Notes under the pieces: model-generated
What the model was told of the DNA's origin: nothing
Seen by the model: the letters and a program-made list of their open reading frames with translations, nothing else
Databases searched by the model: none
Source of the DNA: Azolla caroliniana
Lineage: Eukaryota; Plantae; Polypodiophyta
Direction: 5' to 3'
DNA length: 64,000 bases
Assembly (NCBI GenBank): GCA_043228905.1
Contig: JBHGNT010000010.1
Coordinates: 19,096,001-19,160,000, forward strand
Made by a program: the position numbers and the translations under genes
Part shown: positions 61,601 to 64,000 of the stretch, in pieces
Position numbering within the stretch: position 1 is the stretch's first letter
Layout: every line of letters starts with the position of its first letter

Positions 61601-62889
61601 CACGAAATCTGCCTCATACCACTAAAATCTTCTTATACTTATTGTTATTTGTTAAGATTAAGTCATCCGAGAAAAATTCAATTTTAGCATTATTACGGGA
61701 TTAGATCTGTCGAATATGGGAAATAATGGACGTATTAACATTGTCCTATTGGACATATTAGGTCTTAGGCTATTTATGTAAATAGTGGAAAGGGCAGTTG
61801 CCCTAAGTCAATTGGTATTTAAACTGACTCTTGTAACCTAGTTTAGCGGGGCGTGGTTGTTGTTCATTTTGTATGTATATTGTGTTGTTGTAACCCTGAG
61901 AACAATATAGTTAGATTGTCTTGTGCCTACTTTGGTGTTTGTCTTCTCCTTGACTTCTCCTTGATCTTGTCTCTAATTAAGTTGCTTTTACTCTTAAAAT
62001 CTGTTACTATTTGCTACCTACCTGAGATCTTCATAGGAAGAGTGTTGATTCATGACACATGTTCCGCACCTGACGGATTTAATTCTCAAATAAGTCAATC
62101 TCCAAAACATAATGATTTCTCGACAAAGCTCATTCTTTGCAAGACTCATGAGCATTGGGATTTAATGGTGCCTTCATTATTAAATCTCATCATATCATAT
62201 AAGTTTAGCTTGATATCATGCATAATGGCAATGTCAATAAAATATTTTTAAAAATGCATCATTCAAGCAACCTCTGTCTCTTACGATCATTAAATTTCTT
62301 TTAGTGAGATTGAGGGATCAATGCGTTGTTTGAGGATGACAAATGAGATAAAGACAATAAAGGGAAAGGAAAAGATATTCTAACCTTTTTTATGTGTGTC
62401 TCTTTCTTTTGTCACGATAATCTTTGAGGGGTCACCCACCACATTCAAATAAAGCATAATACGGTAGGTCGCGTGACAAGAAAACGATGAGTAACAACTC
62501 ATTATATCGTTTCTGATGTTTCTAGTTTTCTTTTTATGAGTACTAAAGTGAACTGCATTTTTCTTTCATTACACATATGAACTCAATTATGTATTTCAAA
62601 GTAGATGGAACATTTTTTGTGATACTTCCTTGATTCGACCGAAGCATATGCTAAATAGAGAGAATTGTCCCATTGTCATGTTCAAAAGTCCATAATGTAA
62701 CTTTACATGTTTTCTAACGTTTATATCATATATATGTGCATTAATACATGCATGTTAAGTTGCTATCATACACACATGCATGTTCAATTAATTCTCATTA
62801 TTTTGTTTGTACAGTATAGAGTGATATTTGGTTGTGCTTTTAAGGAATATGGGGTAAGTTGTAACTATAAGAATATATATGCTCTATGA

Positions 62890-63355
62890 ATCATGGTTTG
62901 GCTCATAAACTCTTGGTGCTTATAAACCTTAATCTCCTTCTATGAACTAATTCTAGCAACAAATTCATTGAAGGGTTCACGAAAATGCACGTATGGTTTA
63001 TTGTGATATTGTAAACTCAAACATGCGTTGGTTTAGCTAATAAACCCCTTGGTGCTTATAGACCTTAATCTACGTATATGAACTAGTTCTAGTGAGAAAT
63101 CCCTAAAGGGCTGAAGAAAACACATGCATTTATTGGTCGTGAATCATATTGTCAACTTGAAAATGAGTTGTTAACACACACAAACAAACAAACAAATCTA
63201 TGTAAATAGCATATGAAACGACATCCGCAATATTTTGATTTGCGAAGAAAGTTATGGAATATTTTAAAACACATACATAGATTTATGTAATAGCATATGA
63301 AACAAACATCTGAAATATCTTGATTTGGGAAGAAAAGCTATGGAATATTTTGTGA
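62890..63355. repeat. Two adjacent short direct duplications
   Basis: CTTGGTGCTTATA.ACCTTAATCT..TATGAACTA.TTCTAG occurs twice (~62912, ~63048). TAGCATATGAAAC..ACATC...TGATTTG.GAAGAAA..TATGGAATATTTT occurs twice (~63207, ~63291). Confidence 0.75.
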
Positions 63356-64000
63356 ACTTTCTTTAGCATTTTAGTTTGGTGCCTGTGTACCACTGGAGAA
63401 GAACCATATTCCAACCTTTTTGTGACAAATTGAGAATCAAGCTCAATCTTCTCCACAACACACCTATGTCTATAAACACATGTTATGTAAGCTCAATTAA
63501 GTGTGATAGTCAAACTATATACTTAGATTCAATATTGAATACATATTATTTAGAAAAGTACATTAGGAAGTGAAAGAGCATGAATTAACTCTAGAATATA
63601 TGTGTAAGTTCATAGATATTGTAAGAATTGGCATGCGAAGTAGATGGATACACCACTACTTGTAAGAGGCTATATAAAGTTTAAAGTTTTAAACCCCTCT
63701 TTCCTACTGTAAATTGTTGGACATAATGGAATAGCATTATTGCTAACATATTTATTGTTAGGCTCTACCCTAATTGTGTTTAATATATTGATATGTCATA
63801 ATGGTGTGTTAATGTCAATTTGACCATTATTTATTTTGGTTATTTTAATCCACGTCTCTTACTCTTTCCCTTGTTTATTATATTTATATTCTCACATTTT
63901 CTCTCAATGTATCTCACATATATTTATATTTTCACCTCTCACATACATATATCTACACACACTCACTAACTGCTTCCAATGCAAATTACTACTAATTACT

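Overview
AT-rich, intron-rich land-plant genomic DNA. It is most likely a seed-free plant such as a fern; this is an inference from the style of the PLS-type PPR genes and from a cilium/basal-body gene. Spliced genes reconstructed by hand: an SC35-like SR splicing factor (SCL30-like, +), two PLS-class PPR genes plus a PPR relic, a CLASSY-type SNF2 RdDM remodeller (-), a 3-hydroxyisobutyryl-CoA hydrolase-like gene (+), a reticulon (+), a small VOC/glyoxalase-family gene (-) and tRNA-Ala(AGC). Two features stand out, and neither appears intact in the ORF track. (1) A complete 5-exon, 158-aa Chibby (CBY1)-like gene on the minus strand (47588-43045). (2) Inside HIBCH intron 8, two back-to-back decayed Penelope-like retroelement RT copies with no C-terminal GIY-YIG, followed by a minimal type I hammerhead ribozyme (36802-36853) in the sense of the host pre-mRNA. 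Also present: a putative GAAG-rich poison exon in the SCL gene, a near-perfect hairpin at 5904-5974, Gypsy/LINE/hAT relics and several tandem repeats. All homology calls come from recalled motifs; no database search was run.
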